A stretch of DNA of 64,000 nucleotides, taken from contig KV454015.1 in assembly GCA_001661245.1 (NCBI GenBank), positions 310,001-374,000 on the forward strand, read 5' to 3'. Within the stretch, counting starts at the first letter, position 1; each line of letters begins with the position of its first letter. The notes beneath the pieces are model-generated. The model was not told the DNA's origin, ran no database searches, and saw nothing but the letters and a program-made list of their open reading frames with translations. The position numbers and the translations under genes were made by a program. Positions 1 through 11,135 of the stretch are shown here, in pieces. This DNA is from Pachysolen tannophilus NRRL Y-2460 (lineage: Eukaryota).

Positions 1-249
1 CTATTATCAGATCTAACCCTATCCACCTATCCACCTATGAATGTCAAGACAATAAGTCAACTTCAACTTATATTATGAAAAGTTCAATATTATCATCAAT
101 ATTAAATCAATTTTTTTATTATTATTAAAATAAATATATGTAAAAAGTGAAAAAAATAATTAACTAAAGAAAATGAAAAAAAATTGAAAATTGAAAAATT
201 TAAAAAAAATTTTGTTAGCAAAAAAATCATCAAAAAGTTCAACAACTTT

Positions 250-1779
250 CTATTGATAACCGACTCTTTCAAAGGCAAATGCCAAGTAGAAACAGCTAGC
301 TTCGTATTCATCACCTTCGATTCCATAAGTTCCATCACTTCTTCTTATTCCTTCTAGTAGTCTTCTGTTTAATTTGTAAAAATAATTTGGGATTTCTTCT
401 TTAAATAAATCTCCAAAATTTTTTTTGTATCTTAAAGATAAATCGTATTCTTCGGCTATACTTCTAAAAGCTTCAAATGGGACAACGTACTCAGGAACAT
501 TGTCAACAGCATCTTTTAAGAAATATGTGTACATGTTGCCGTATGGTTGGGTGAAATAACCATCTTTTGGGGGTGGATGTTCAAAATCAACACTATATAT
601 TGAATTCCCCCATTTTGTTTCACCTTGTGGTAAATTCTTAATTTTATCAGCAATGAAATCAGATGATGGTATGGTACCTATGAAATGACCTCCAATCTTC
701 AAAGATTTGGAGACATTTGAAAGCATTGTTCGAACTATTTCTTCAGAACGAAATCCATAATGCATACAAAATTGCATAGAACATATATCTACTGGCATCA
801 ATGTAGTTATCTCTGGGAATGGCAGAAGAATCTCTGTGATACTATTTCCAAAGCAATCTGCAGTTATAAAGAAAGATTGAAAATTAGCCTGATTTCTGGT
901 TGAAATTGTCTTGTACCTACGAATGGCTTCAGTGATGGAATCAGATGAAATATCAAGACCAATATAAGTTGAAACATTTGCTAAAGCCCATTTCTGTAAA
1001 TCTCCACCTTTACCACATCCTAAATCAATGACAGAGTCATTCAGTTTACCAAACTTGTTAATCAATATATATTTAATACAATTGTTGAAATTACGTAATT
1101 TAATGATGGGTGAAGTTCTTCTATTTTCACGTCTCGCCAAATGCGTTCTTTGATTATAATGCTGCTTCACTATATCATCAACCTCTAACTCTCCTGAATT
1201 AATCAGTTGTACTCTCTTAAGATTCGACTCTATCATTTTCTGTTCTTTTAAATCTTCTCTTTGACGAATCAATTCTGCTTCTTTTAATTGATCTTCAAGA
1301 TTTCCTCTTCCTTTCCTTTTCTTCAACTTCCTACCTTCATTGTTCGTAGTGGTAGTTGCCTCTACCCGTTGAGAAAATTTGGCAAATTCATCATCTTTCA
1401 TCCAAGCAGGCTTATTAGGAGCCAGTCCTACCAGTGTTGTAGGCAGTTTTGGTAACTCCTCTTTCTCATCATTTTTTTCGTTATTTATATCCAAATCATC
1501 TCTTCTTCTTCCCATCAAAGCTTCTTCGTTATTCAGTCTCTTCATATGATTTTTCTTCCTCTCTTCATCTCTATTACGAAGCGAATACTCCTCATATAAC
1601 GAATCTTTAGTACCTTTTATAAGCATTCTTCTTCTAGGTTTTGAAAGTTCACTAGCTGTAGTTGTTCCCGCCTTAGTTTCCACTTTTTCCACTTTTTCCA
1701 CTTCTGTCTTCATGGCAATACTGTCTTCTGGCTTACCATTATCAGCCAAAACCTCATTTTCTCCTCCTTCATTCGACAT
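250..1779 (-). CDS. ABD1: mRNA cap guanine-N7 methyltransferase
   Basis: 509-aa ORF with SPIIKLRNFNNCIK, SAM-binding VIDLGCGKGGDLQKW, MQFCMHYGF, GGHFIGTIP and AVDNVPEYVVPF motifs. Confidence 0.95.
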   Translation of the reverse strand: MSNEGGENEVLADNGKPEDSIAMKTEVEKVEKVETKAGTTTASELSKPRRRMLIKGTKDSLYEEYSLRNRDEERKKNHMKRLNNEEALMGRRRDDLDINNEKNDEKEELPKLPTTLVGLAPNKPAWMKDDEFAKFSQRVEATTTTNNEGRKLKKRKGRGNLEDQLKEAELIRQREDLKEQKMIESNLKRVQLINSGELEVDDIVKQHYNQRTHLARRENRRTSPIIKLRNFNNCIKYILINKFGKLNDSVIDLGCGKGGDLQKWALANVSTYIGLDISSDSITEAIRRYKTISTRNQANFQSFFITADCFGNSITEILLPFPEITTLMPVDICSMQFCMHYGFRSEEIVRTMLSNVSKSLKIGGHFIGTIPSSDFIADKIKNLPQGETKWGNSIYSVDFEHPPPKDGYFTQPYGNMYTYFLKDAVDNVPEYVVPFEAFRSIAEEYDLSLRYKKNFGDLFKEEIPNYFYKLNRRLLEGIRRSDGTYGIEGDEYEASCFYLAFAFERVGYQ

Positions 1780-2339
1780 TACAAAGTCACTTTATTATAT
1801 ATTAAAATTATTGAAAAATAATACTCACACCAGTTTTATTATTATGGCTTCTAAAATTTGATGGACATTCAAAATGGAGAGAGGTAGTGTAAATTGAAGC
1901 CAAACAAAAAAATGGAGAGAAGCAAATGGCAGCGACAACGACGGTGATAACGACGGTGATAACGTCTGTTTTAACGGCTGTGTCAACCATTTTGTTGACA
2001 CTATAGAGTAGGGGGGTCATTGTCACAGCTTAAAAAAGAAAGAAAGAAAGAAACTAGGTGGATGAGATGAAATCATAGATATCTCTCTTGCGAGATCTGA
2101 TGATATTGGATAAGACAGTTTACACCATTGTCGTTAAGTTGACAATTGAAATAGATAATGACGATGGCAAAATTTATTATTATTGTTGTTATTCTTATTA
2201 GTTTAACAAGAAAAAGAACTGGTTCATTCGTTGTTGTCATCTTCTTTTTTTTTTTTTTTTTGATATACATGATGCTAATGAAGAGTTTTTATCAAATTAT
2301 ACTTTTTTCCAAGTTAATTCTAATTCTATAATTCAAATT

Positions 2340-4463
2340 CTAAATTTGTTTAAATTCTGCTTTTTTCAAACTCGGTGTATATTCCACATAATTAATATGA
2401 TTTCTAACCATAAACTTACCTGGATTAATGGTATGACATCCTTCGTAAGTGACATCGAATGATGGGCATGTCACATCTGTTAGAATCAATACTGTTGGTA
2501 AAGGTGACATTGTTAAATAAAAATCCTTATCCCAAGTAATTGGTCTAATATTTAATGCAAAGGGAGATAAATGACCTTGATCTAATATTGTCTTGACAAT
2601 TTTTCTTGATTCCAATAAAGATGGAGAAATAATCGTTCCATTTTTGTCTTTGTTAGTTAATTGGGTTAAATTAGGTGTTTCAAGTTCAAGATCATCAACT
2701 TCAATTGGATCTTCATTTTCTTTCCCATTTCCATTATAATTTGTTGTATTAATTGGGAATAATAAATTATTTCTTCTAAATCTTGCACTTAAATCATCTC
2801 TAACAATTAAAATTTCTTGTGATAAATAATTTAATCTTGTAGGATTTGAACACCAATAACAATTTTTAACCAATCTTGAAAGTCTATTAGTGAAAATTTT
2901 AGGTATTGGAGATTGTGGGAAAATAGATGAACTTCCTTGATGAAGTAAAGAATTCCATGGATCATTATCACCAGGAATAAATAATAATGATATCTTTTCA
3001 CAAAGAATTGGAAATTTTTCTAATGTTGATGCCAATGTATCAAATAAATTTTTATAAATAGCTGATGAAGATGATGATGCCAGTGATGCAGTTGAATTAT
3101 ACGATGATGGAACAAATGGAATATCAATAAACGGTCCATTAAACACAATACAAAAGGGATAATTATAATCATTGTTATATTCTAAATCATTTGAAAGTTT
3201 AAGAAATAATTTTTTTAAACCTTCAAATGTTTTAAAATCATTTAAATTACAATCTCCACCTAATATAATTAATTTATGATTAAATAATTCTTTTTCTAAT
3301 ATTTGTAATTTTTTTTTCAATTCTTTACTAACTCTAGTTATCCCATTTGCAGAAGTTGAAGTTAAATTTTTATTTGTATTATTCATTGTAGAATGAACTC
3401 CTAAAAAATCAATATTACCATAAGCATCTAAAGTTATATCTCTTCTTTCTGCAGGTGGATGACCCATTGTAGAAACATAAAATTTCCCACTATTTGAATA
3501 AATACCTTCAACAACAACGAAGAAACCTGGACAATAATAAGATCCTTCTGTTGGTATACATTGAGAAATTTCTAATTGTATTATATCACTTTCATCTTGT
3601 AATGAATAACCACCCATATTATTTTTAAATAATAATCCAAATAATACAAATCTTTGACCATGTCTACCTAATAAATTTTTTATTGGAGTTATTACAATAT
3701 TATTTGAACCACTATTAGTACTCATTTTTAAATTTATAGAATTTAAAGATGAAAAAGTAGGAGGTTGAAAACTTTGATTACGTGATAATCTATGTTGAAT
3801 TATTGAATATCTTGTTGAAAATAAAGAAATATTTGATTTTAAAGATGGAAGACGTATTAAACCATCACTATCATTTTTCATCATTTGATCTTTTTCATAA
3901 GTTTTCCTATATTTATTAAAAATATAACGCGGTTGATTTCCAGAAGTTATCACTCTGAAAAAATCCATCCATTTCAATTCAAGATCATCATTTTTTATTT
4001 CTTCATCTTTCTTTGATTCCAAATGTATATTATCATCTTTATAAATTTCCACTCCATTATTATTACGATCATCAACTGTTCTTATCAAATCACTTAATTC
4101 TAATTTTTTACCATGACCAATAATTGAACCACTTACATTATCTTTAATTTGAGATTTCAAATGATAATTTTCTGATACATAATTCAACTCTCTTATTACA
4201 GTTTCAACTCCTTCAGCATCTAAAAAAATATTTCTACCTTGTTCCTTCCATAACTTTCCCAAACTATCCAAAAACTCTTGTGCCTTGGCTCCTTTCCAAT
4301 TATTTCCAAACGTCGTTCCAATATAATTCGCCAATATCTTCAACGCTTCAGTTTGTATATTTAATCCATGTTTCTTTGAAAGAATTCTATATGCTATTGG
4401 CCTAAGATTCGAAGCATGCAACTGAACAGAAAGCTGAATAGGCTTACTTGCCGGTACATCCAT
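2340..4463 (-). CDS. DPB2: DNA polymerase epsilon subunit B
   Basis: LRPIAYRILSKKHGLNI, MGHPPAERR, FIPGDNDPW, SNPTRL and TILDQGHLSP motifs. First ATG (MDVPAS) is at 4463; the ORF track starts at an upstream TTG. Confidence 0.93.
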   Translation of the reverse strand: MDVPASKPIQLSVQLHASNLRPIAYRILSKKHGLNIQTEALKILANYIGTTFGNNWKGAKAQEFLDSLGKLWKEQGRNIFLDAEGVETVIRELNYVSENYHLKSQIKDNVSGSIIGHGKKLELSDLIRTVDDRNNNGVEIYKDDNIHLESKKDEEIKNDDLELKWMDFFRVITSGNQPRYIFNKYRKTYEKDQMMKNDSDGLIRLPSLKSNISLFSTRYSIIQHRLSRNQSFQPPTFSSLNSINLKMSTNSGSNNIVITPIKNLLGRHGQRFVLFGLLFKNNMGGYSLQDESDIIQLEISQCIPTEGSYYCPGFFVVVEGIYSNSGKFYVSTMGHPPAERRDITLDAYGNIDFLGVHSTMNNTNKNLTSTSANGITRVSKELKKKLQILEKELFNHKLIILGGDCNLNDFKTFEGLKKLFLKLSNDLEYNNDYNYPFCIVFNGPFIDIPFVPSSYNSTASLASSSSSAIYKNLFDTLASTLEKFPILCEKISLLFIPGDNDPWNSLLHQGSSSIFPQSPIPKIFTNRLSRLVKNCYWCSNPTRLNYLSQEILIVRDDLSARFRRNNLLFPINTTNYNGNGKENEDPIEVDDLELETPNLTQLTNKDKNGTIISPSLLESRKIVKTILDQGHLSPFALNIRPITWDKDFYLTMSPLPTVLILTDVTCPSFDVTYEGCHTINPGKFMVRNHINYVEYTPSLKKAEFKQI

Positions 4464-4610
4464 ATCCAAAAAATTAAAACCTATCACAGTTCTATTTCCC
4501 AATTATTCCTCTATATCGCTATAAACAATGAAAACCAAAATTCATCTCTTGTTATTAATAATAATAATAATAATTAATACTCATAAAGATTTGATATTCC
4601 TCTCCAGCAG

Positions 4611-4628
4611 CCGCGTAAAAGAACGCGT
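4611..4628. promoter_or_regulatory. MCB (MluI cell-cycle box) elements upstream of DPB2
   Basis: ACGCGT at 4623-4628 and CCGCGT at 4611-4616, about 150 bp upstream of a DNA-replication gene in CpG-poor DNA. Confidence 0.7.
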
Positions 4629-4883
4629 CAAAATGAAAATTGTATGCGTCAATTTTTGATATTTCACGAACGACTTTTGAGGTGATTTTAATGAGAGATG
4701 GGATGGTTCATTTCTCTCTTTTTTATTGATAACGACAATGAGAGGATGATGATAGTCAAGAGAAGGAAGAAGTAGAGAGATTGTAGGTATATAGTGAGTG
4801 TGATTAGTTGTATTTTTTTTTTTTTGTTATATATATATATATAAGATTTATTATATTTATTATAAGTAGAGCAAAAAAAAAAA

Positions 4884-6728
4884 CTAATACAATGTGCTAA
4901 ATGGATCATTATACAATTGTCTATTTCTCGAGCCCAAATATACTTGGTTGTTAAAATTTTTGTCGTCGATGTTATTGAAGTTGATGATTGGCATTAGGAT
5001 TCCACTAGTATTGTTATTTGGGTTTTCCTTATGCTTGAATGTAAATCCTACGAAATCATTATTTTTAGCATTTCTTCTATCGGCCATTTTTTCTACTTGT
5101 TCTTTCTTTAACATGACTTCTTTATATTTTTCCATATCTTTTTCATTTGAGAAATCATCGAAATAACCGGCATCTTCGTCATCATCTAATTGAGGTGTGA
5201 ATGGAGCAACACGGTCGCGTAAGTTATTGAAATCAACTTCTTGAAAATATTGACTATTTATAATTTGATTAAAATTTCTATAACGAGATGAAGGTGATGC
5301 AATTAATTTTATAATGAAATTCCAAGTTCTATCTGAAAAGACATATTTACCATCTTCGTAACGAGGTCTTTTCAATACTTCTTTCCATCTACGTAAATTA
5401 TGATAAGTTTCATCTGGTGAAGCTCCAGAAAATGGTGGATAACCAACTAAAGTTTCAAAAAGCATACAACCCAATGACCAATAATCAATTGTATAATCAT
5501 AAGGTCTTCCTTCTAATACTTCTAAAGCCATATAATCTGGTGATCCAACTATAGAATTTGCTAAATGAACATCTTTCAGCCTTAAAGATCTATATAAATT
5601 TTGTCTTTCAGAAATTGTTCTTTCTTTTGGTCTATATTCTAAATCTTTAACTTGATTTAATCTTAATTTCATACTTTCAATTCTTTCAGTTGATACAGTT
5701 CCTGCAGCAAGACCAAAATCGGTTAATTTTATATGACCTTTTGAATCAATTAAAAAATTCTCAGGTTTTAAATCTCTATGAGTATAACCTAATTCATGTA
5801 ATGCATTTACTGATGCAAACATTTCACTTAAATAAAATCTTGCATGAGGTGGAATTAAAACTCCTGTATTATTTAATAAAGTTCTATAATCTCCACCAGG
5901 AACAAATTCCATTGCCAAGAATAAACTATCAGTATTTTGGAAAGCATATAATAATTTAACTAACCATTCACTTCTAGTATTTGTTAAAATATCTCTTTCT
6001 GTAAGAACATGTCTTGTTTCATCTAATTTCATTAAAAGTTTTTTACTTAATATTTTTAAAGCAACAATTTCTCTTGTATCTTTCTTTTTAGCTAAATAAA
6101 CTTGACCATAACCACCTTGACCAACTTGTGTAATAAGATCAAAATCTTTATTTTTAGGTTTAATTCTTCTTTTCCTTAATAAAGCTCTTTCTCTACCTAC
6201 ATAATTTTTCCAATTAATATTTCTCTGTTGTTGATCATTTAATTGATTTAAATTTGATTCAACTTGTCTCAATCTATTTCTACGATTAATAATATAATCA
6301 AAATAATCACAATAATAATCTAAAAAATACATTTCTGCAACAGTAACTAATCTTTTAGTATTTGCAGAATTTGCCTTATTATAAAAATCTCTTGTTAATC
6401 TTGTTGTCTTTGGAGGAGATGAAGGCTGAAGTTGTAAATTTGAAGATAATGGAGTATTTTCTTTATTTAAGGTGGAATTATTGATACGCTCAAGAAATCT
6501 CATTGGTTGTTGTAAAAAAGAATTATCACCAACCAGCAGACTATTCCTCTTGATATTATTACCAGCAGGTGAACACTCAAAAGTAAAACTATCATTACCA
6601 GTGGACATAAATGATTTGTTTTGGTTTCTTGTCGGTGTAGATATCTCGAATGATTCCATATTTCTACTTAAATTCTCCACATCGTCTAATTGTAAATGAG
6701 TCTTTGAAGAACTCTTGAAAAAGTTCAT
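4884..6728 (-). CDS. DBF2: NDR/LATS-family mitotic exit kinase Dbf2/Dbf20
   Basis: MYFLDYYCD Mob-binding region, GQGGYGQV, HRDLKPEN, DFG, NSIVGSPDYMALE and the hydrophobic motif FVGFTF. Confidence 0.95.
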   Translation of the reverse strand: MNFFKSSSKTHLQLDDVENLSRNMESFEISTPTRNQNKSFMSTGNDSFTFECSPAGNNIKRNSLLVGDNSFLQQPMRFLERINNSTLNKENTPLSSNLQLQPSSPPKTTRLTRDFYNKANSANTKRLVTVAEMYFLDYYCDYFDYIINRRNRLRQVESNLNQLNDQQQRNINWKNYVGRERALLRKRRIKPKNKDFDLITQVGQGGYGQVYLAKKKDTREIVALKILSKKLLMKLDETRHVLTERDILTNTRSEWLVKLLYAFQNTDSLFLAMEFVPGGDYRTLLNNTGVLIPPHARFYLSEMFASVNALHELGYTHRDLKPENFLIDSKGHIKLTDFGLAAGTVSTERIESMKLRLNQVKDLEYRPKERTISERQNLYRSLRLKDVHLANSIVGSPDYMALEVLEGRPYDYTIDYWSLGCMLFETLVGYPPFSGASPDETYHNLRRWKEVLKRPRYEDGKYVFSDRTWNFIIKLIASPSSRYRNFNQIINSQYFQEVDFNNLRDRVAPFTPQLDDDEDAGYFDDFSNEKDMEKYKEVMLKKEQVEKMADRRNAKNNDFVGFTFKHKENPNNNTSGILMPIINFNNIDDKNFNNQVYLGSRNRQLYNDPFSTLY

Positions 6729-7142
6729 TTTTTGTTATTTCTTGTTTTTTTCTGAGTCCTCTGTTCTGTGTTTAAAGAAAAAAAAAGCCAAAAAAAAAAA
6801 AAAAAAAATTAAAATAGAAACACAACTAAATAAGCAATAACTAATATTTTTTTAAAGATAGACTAACCTTTAGATGAGAGATGAAGAGGTTTTATATTTC
6901 AGTAAACAGATAGAGAGAGAAATAGACAGAGAAAAGATGCACACATACAAGTTTTTATTGTTTACTTCTTTCCCAATGAGGAAACACTCGTAAAGAGAAA
7001 ATTTCTCCTTCCTCATTTGGGATTTGGTTTAGTAATACACTACTTTTGGGTTTTTTTAGGGTCTTTGAAGCATTGATTGCATTATCTTGAAAGTTCTTTT
7101 TTCCTTTTTTAAATTCATCTCTTTTCTTTTGATTGATTAAAG

Positions 7143-8021
7143 ATGTCTCAGAAGAGATTATTTCTGAAAGAGGCTGAGTCTGGAGATGAGCAAGATTGTG
7201 TACAGAAAAAAAAACCTAAGAGAAATGGTAGTGATGAAGGTGAAGAAGGTAATGATAATATAGATTTTGGAGTTGATGAACAAGACCAACAATATGTTCA
7301 AGGTCCATTAGATCCTTTGTTTGGACAGCACCGTGCTTTCCCCATAGATATTGATATAGATGCTATAGTAGCCAGTGGTGGGAATAGTGGGAATAGTGGT
7401 GAGTTTCCCAAAGATGTGCATACGTATTTGGCTATGGTACGATTGGAAGCTGAAAAATCTGATGGGTTTATGTTTACCAAGAATGAAACAAAGAGTATTG
7501 ATAATACTTGCGATTCAGATCTTAAAGAAATTGAATTTAAAGATTCCAATTCAAATTTTAAAGAATTTGAAGCATGGCGTGGAGAGGCTGTGGAAAAATA
7601 TACTTTTTTAAAGATAAAATTTAATTCGAAAAAAATACAGGACAAATTTTCTATGCCTCAAGATAAATTATTAAATTTAATGCCTTCTTCAGTTAAAGAT
7701 TGGAAACTGATGGTAACGGGACAAAATCCAAATTTACAAATTTTATATAATTTAGACTTGTCTTATAAATTCAAGTTAATAAATTATTTTCAAAGATGGT
7801 TAAACAGATCTATTAATAAATTTTTCATAAAATGGGTTTTCACCTTATTACTCTTGATTCCAAGTCTATTGGACTATAGTAACATGGCAATATTAAGATC
7901 ATTGGCTAAAAAATCAAAAAAATTATTAGAATTTGTAACTAATAAAGAAACAAAAGTATTAATGGATTGGATTGTAACTATAGCTGCACAAGTATACGGA
8001 CAAAAAGATTTACTATTATGA
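7143..8021 (+). CDS. BRR1: Brr1/Gemin2-like snRNP assembly factor
   Basis: DPLFGQHRAFPI, YLAMVRLEA, helical WVFTLLL..LRSLAKK and C-terminal YGQKDL, typical of the Gemin2/Brr1 family. Confidence 0.7.
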   Translation: MSQKRLFLKEAESGDEQDCVQKKKPKRNGSDEGEEGNDNIDFGVDEQDQQYVQGPLDPLFGQHRAFPIDIDIDAIVASGGNSGNSGEFPKDVHTYLAMVRLEAEKSDGFMFTKNETKSIDNTCDSDLKEIEFKDSNSNFKEFEAWRGEAVEKYTFLKIKFNSKKIQDKFSMPQDKLLNLMPSSVKDWKLMVTGQNPNLQILYNLDLSYKFKLINYFQRWLNRSINKFFIKWVFTLLLLIPSLLDYSNMAILRSLAKKSKKLLEFVTNKETKVLMDWIVTIAAQVYGQKDLLL

Positions 8022-8649
8022 ATCTTGCCAAAAGAAACAAAAGGTAGTGCGTGATGACCCTATGTATTCCAAACATGGAGAATTGATTGGTCGTGCACTA
8101 TTTTTTGTTTTAGGTTGGTTTTTTTTTATTTTTTTTTTCTTTTCCTAAACTTGGCGGGGAAAAGAAATTAGTTAGAAAAAAAGAAAGAAAAAAAGAAAGA
8201 AAAAAATTCTAGAAATTCAACTGGCTGAGTTTTTAGGGCAAAAAGTTCAGTTAAGGGCAAGGCAACATGGCGAGGCAACAAACAGGGCAATTTTTTGTTT
8301 GATTTTTTCTTTTTGCCCTTGCACCCGCCCTCTTTTCCTTAACAAGGGAAAGGTAAGTCTAGAACCAAACCCTGCACCCCCCGGTGTGCGGTTCCCAGAG
8401 GGTCGCCAGAGACCGAACTTGCCAATTTTTACTGTTATTATTATACCTTTAGGAAAACTGGCGGGCACCCACTCACACGCAGTCACTCGTACTCACACGC
8501 AATCACAAACGAGAACACTCCCTTCTCCTAATAGGCCCATGCCTATTAGTACGACGTGGCAGCCCTTTTTCTTTTTTTTTTTATTTACTTTTTTTACCAA
8601 CTCCTCGTGTAAACCGGACACGTCATCTCCAGCGTCCAGCCAACACTTC

Positions 8650-8708
8650 TATTATTATTATTATTATTATTATTATTACTACTATTACTATTATAATTAT
8701 TATTATTA
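8650..8708. repeat. (TAT/TAC)n microsatellite
   Basis: Trinucleotide run visible directly; it produces the poly-Tyr of spurious ORF 8299..8718. Confidence 0.9.
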
Positions 8709-9052
8709 CCCAGTATAAGTAATCTCTCTCGTTTACTGTAATCGTAACCTATCACTTATTTATCTATATATATCTATATATATATCTCAAACTATTCATT
8801 ATAAATTATTAATATAAAAATTGTCAATTTTTTTAAACACTTTTCATCTTTTATATTTTATACTTTATATTATATATATATATATATATATATAATTGTC
8901 TCATTAGGTAATAATTTTTCATCATAGTAACAGAAAGCATATTAAATTTTATACCGATAGTTATTGAAATTATTTAGTAATAAGAAAAAAAAAAAAAAGA
9001 ATACAAATAATTCTTTCAATTTTACTATTAGGTTCCTATATTATAATTAAAA

Positions 9053-10726
9053 ATGTTATCAGTTAAACGTTCATCATTATCAAAATGCTTGGTTTCCCGA
9101 ACTGTGGTTATACGTTATCAAAGTTCTTGTTCTGGTGGTAATAAGGGCCAGGCGGGCCGGATGGGCCAGGCGGGGCAGGCGGCGGCGTCCGCGGCAGCTG
9201 CTGGTTCAGCTTCATCTGGCGGCCATTCGTCTGGGGCTTTTCTTGCAAGACGCTCGCCTCCATTGGATGAGTTAGATCCAATAATCTTGGACCGTATTTT
9301 CCACAAGAATAAGCTGCAATCTGGGTATACAAGACCGTTACAGAATGGTGGGAATGGTGATGGTAACAATAACAGCAATAACAGTAACAACAGCAGTAAT
9401 AATAAAAATAACGATTTGTCGGTAATAGATGAAAATTTAAAACATTTTAAATCAAATATACCTGTTAATTTCCATTACTATTTAAGAAATTTAAATAATT
9501 TAAATACTTTTAAACAATTACCATATAAATTTGGTGAAAATCAAATAATTGAAAATGGGAAACAAGATTATTTAAAATCAATATTATGGGAATTTGATGC
9601 ACCAATAAGGTATTCTTTTGGTTATGGATCTGGAGTATTTGATCAAGGTATTAAATCAGATAAAAAACCTCAAATTGATTTAATTTTTCTGGTTACATTT
9701 CCTGATCATTGGCATTCTTTAAATTTACATCAATTTCCAAATCATTATTCTGGATTAAGATGGTTAGGTTATTCACTGATTGCAAAAGTACAAAAATATG
9801 GAGCAGGAGTATATTTTAATCCATATGTTAAAATGGGTCCTGATAATACTCAATTGGTCAAATATGGTGTTTCTTCAGTTGATAATTTAATGAGTGATTT
9901 AATTAATTGGGATACTTTTTATTTAAGTGGTAGATTACATAAACCAGTTGCAATAATAAGAAATTCTCCAAATATTGCATTATTAAATCAATTTAATTTA
10001 ATTAATGCAATTAAATTATCATTATTATTATTAAATGAAAAAAAAATTTCTGAATATCAATTATATGAAATGATTTCTTGTTTAAGTTTTAAAGGAGATC
10101 CAAGAATGAGTATTGGTGCAGAAAATCCAAATAAAGTTAAAAATATTGTTGATAATAATTTGAATAGTTTTAGACACATGTATTTACCATTGTTGGAAAC
10201 TTATTTTGCAAATCAAGTAATTATTAATAAAAGAAATGATAAAGTTGTTGAAAATTTACAAATTGATGTTTCAAATGAAACAAAATCTCAATATATTGTT
10301 GAATTACCATTTAATTTTAGAAGAAAATTATATCAAATTTATTCAAAAAAATATAATAATTTTTTTGCTAAAGATTTAATTGCACAAAATGTTGTTAATA
10401 ATCCAACATTAATTTCAAAAGAAGATTTTGAAAAATCAAAAAATTTATCTTATAAAGATTTAAGTTCTATTGATAATTTAGATACAAATGTTGTTGCTAA
10501 AAAAGATTATGAATATTTACCAACAAATTTAAAGGCTAATTCAGAATTTATTCAAAATATAAGTAAAGATGATAATTTAATTAATAACTTGACCGTTGTA
10601 TTAAAAGATATAATTTATAAACCTGCATTGACTCAAAGTTTTAAAGGTCTTTTAACTGCAGGTTTTTCCAAGAGTTTTGATTATGCTATACATAAAAGAA
10701 CTAAATATAATGACGGTTTAAAATAA
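9053..10726 (+). CDS. TAM41: Mitochondrial phosphatidate cytidylyltransferase (CDP-DAG synthase)
   Basis: FGYGSGVF, GAGVYFNPYV, KYGVSS, YLSGRLHKPV, GDPRM..GAENPNKVKNIV and QSFKGLLTAG motifs; Arg/Ser-rich presequence. Confidence 0.93.
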   Translation: MLSVKRSSLSKCLVSRTVVIRYQSSCSGGNKGQAGRMGQAGQAAASAAAAGSASSGGHSSGAFLARRSPPLDELDPIILDRIFHKNKLQSGYTRPLQNGGNGDGNNNSNNSNNSSNNKNNDLSVIDENLKHFKSNIPVNFHYYLRNLNNLNTFKQLPYKFGENQIIENGKQDYLKSILWEFDAPIRYSFGYGSGVFDQGIKSDKKPQIDLIFLVTFPDHWHSLNLHQFPNHYSGLRWLGYSLIAKVQKYGAGVYFNPYVKMGPDNTQLVKYGVSSVDNLMSDLINWDTFYLSGRLHKPVAIIRNSPNIALLNQFNLINAIKLSLLLLNEKKISEYQLYEMISCLSFKGDPRMSIGAENPNKVKNIVDNNLNSFRHMYLPLLETYFANQVIINKRNDKVVENLQIDVSNETKSQYIVELPFNFRRKLYQIYSKKYNNFFAKDLIAQNVVNNPTLISKEDFEKSKNLSYKDLSSIDNLDTNVVAKKDYEYLPTNLKANSEFIQNISKDDNLINNLTVVLKDIIYKPALTQSFKGLLTAGFSKSFDYAIHKRTKYNDGLK

Positions 10727-11135
10727 AGGAAATTATTTTGTTAATTTGGTGGAGATTTTTAAAACTTTTTATATAAGATCTTGGTTTGTAATTTTTTTTG
10801 ATTTTTTTTTTTTTTTTTTTTTTCTTTTTCTTTTTAAGAAATAAAATGATTATTCAACTTATGCTGACTTGTTGAGTTAACTTACTTGTTAGCTACTCTT
10901 CTTAAGATTTGTTGTTGTAAGATTTAAAATTAAATATATCTCATAAAATAATTAAAATTAAAATTTATAAAAAAAAAAAAAAAATTGTTAAAACTCGTTA
11001 GGGACGTTTGTATATAATTGTATAAAAGAATAAAGAAAAGAAAAGGAAAAAAAGAAAAAACAGAAATATTATATCATAAAACAATTGAATCTAATCAAAT
11101 CAAGTCAAATGGAATTGGAAATGGAAATTATTGAT

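Noticed and set aside
8051..8228. Possible C/D snoRNA (GTGATGA ... CTGA)
   Set aside because: Boxes are far apart, separated by poly-T and poly-A, with no recognisable rRNA guide.
8247..8718. ORFs 8299..8718 (+) and 8247..8486 (-)
   Set aside because: Non-ATG starts, built from poly-T and (TAT)n tracts, no recognisable domain.
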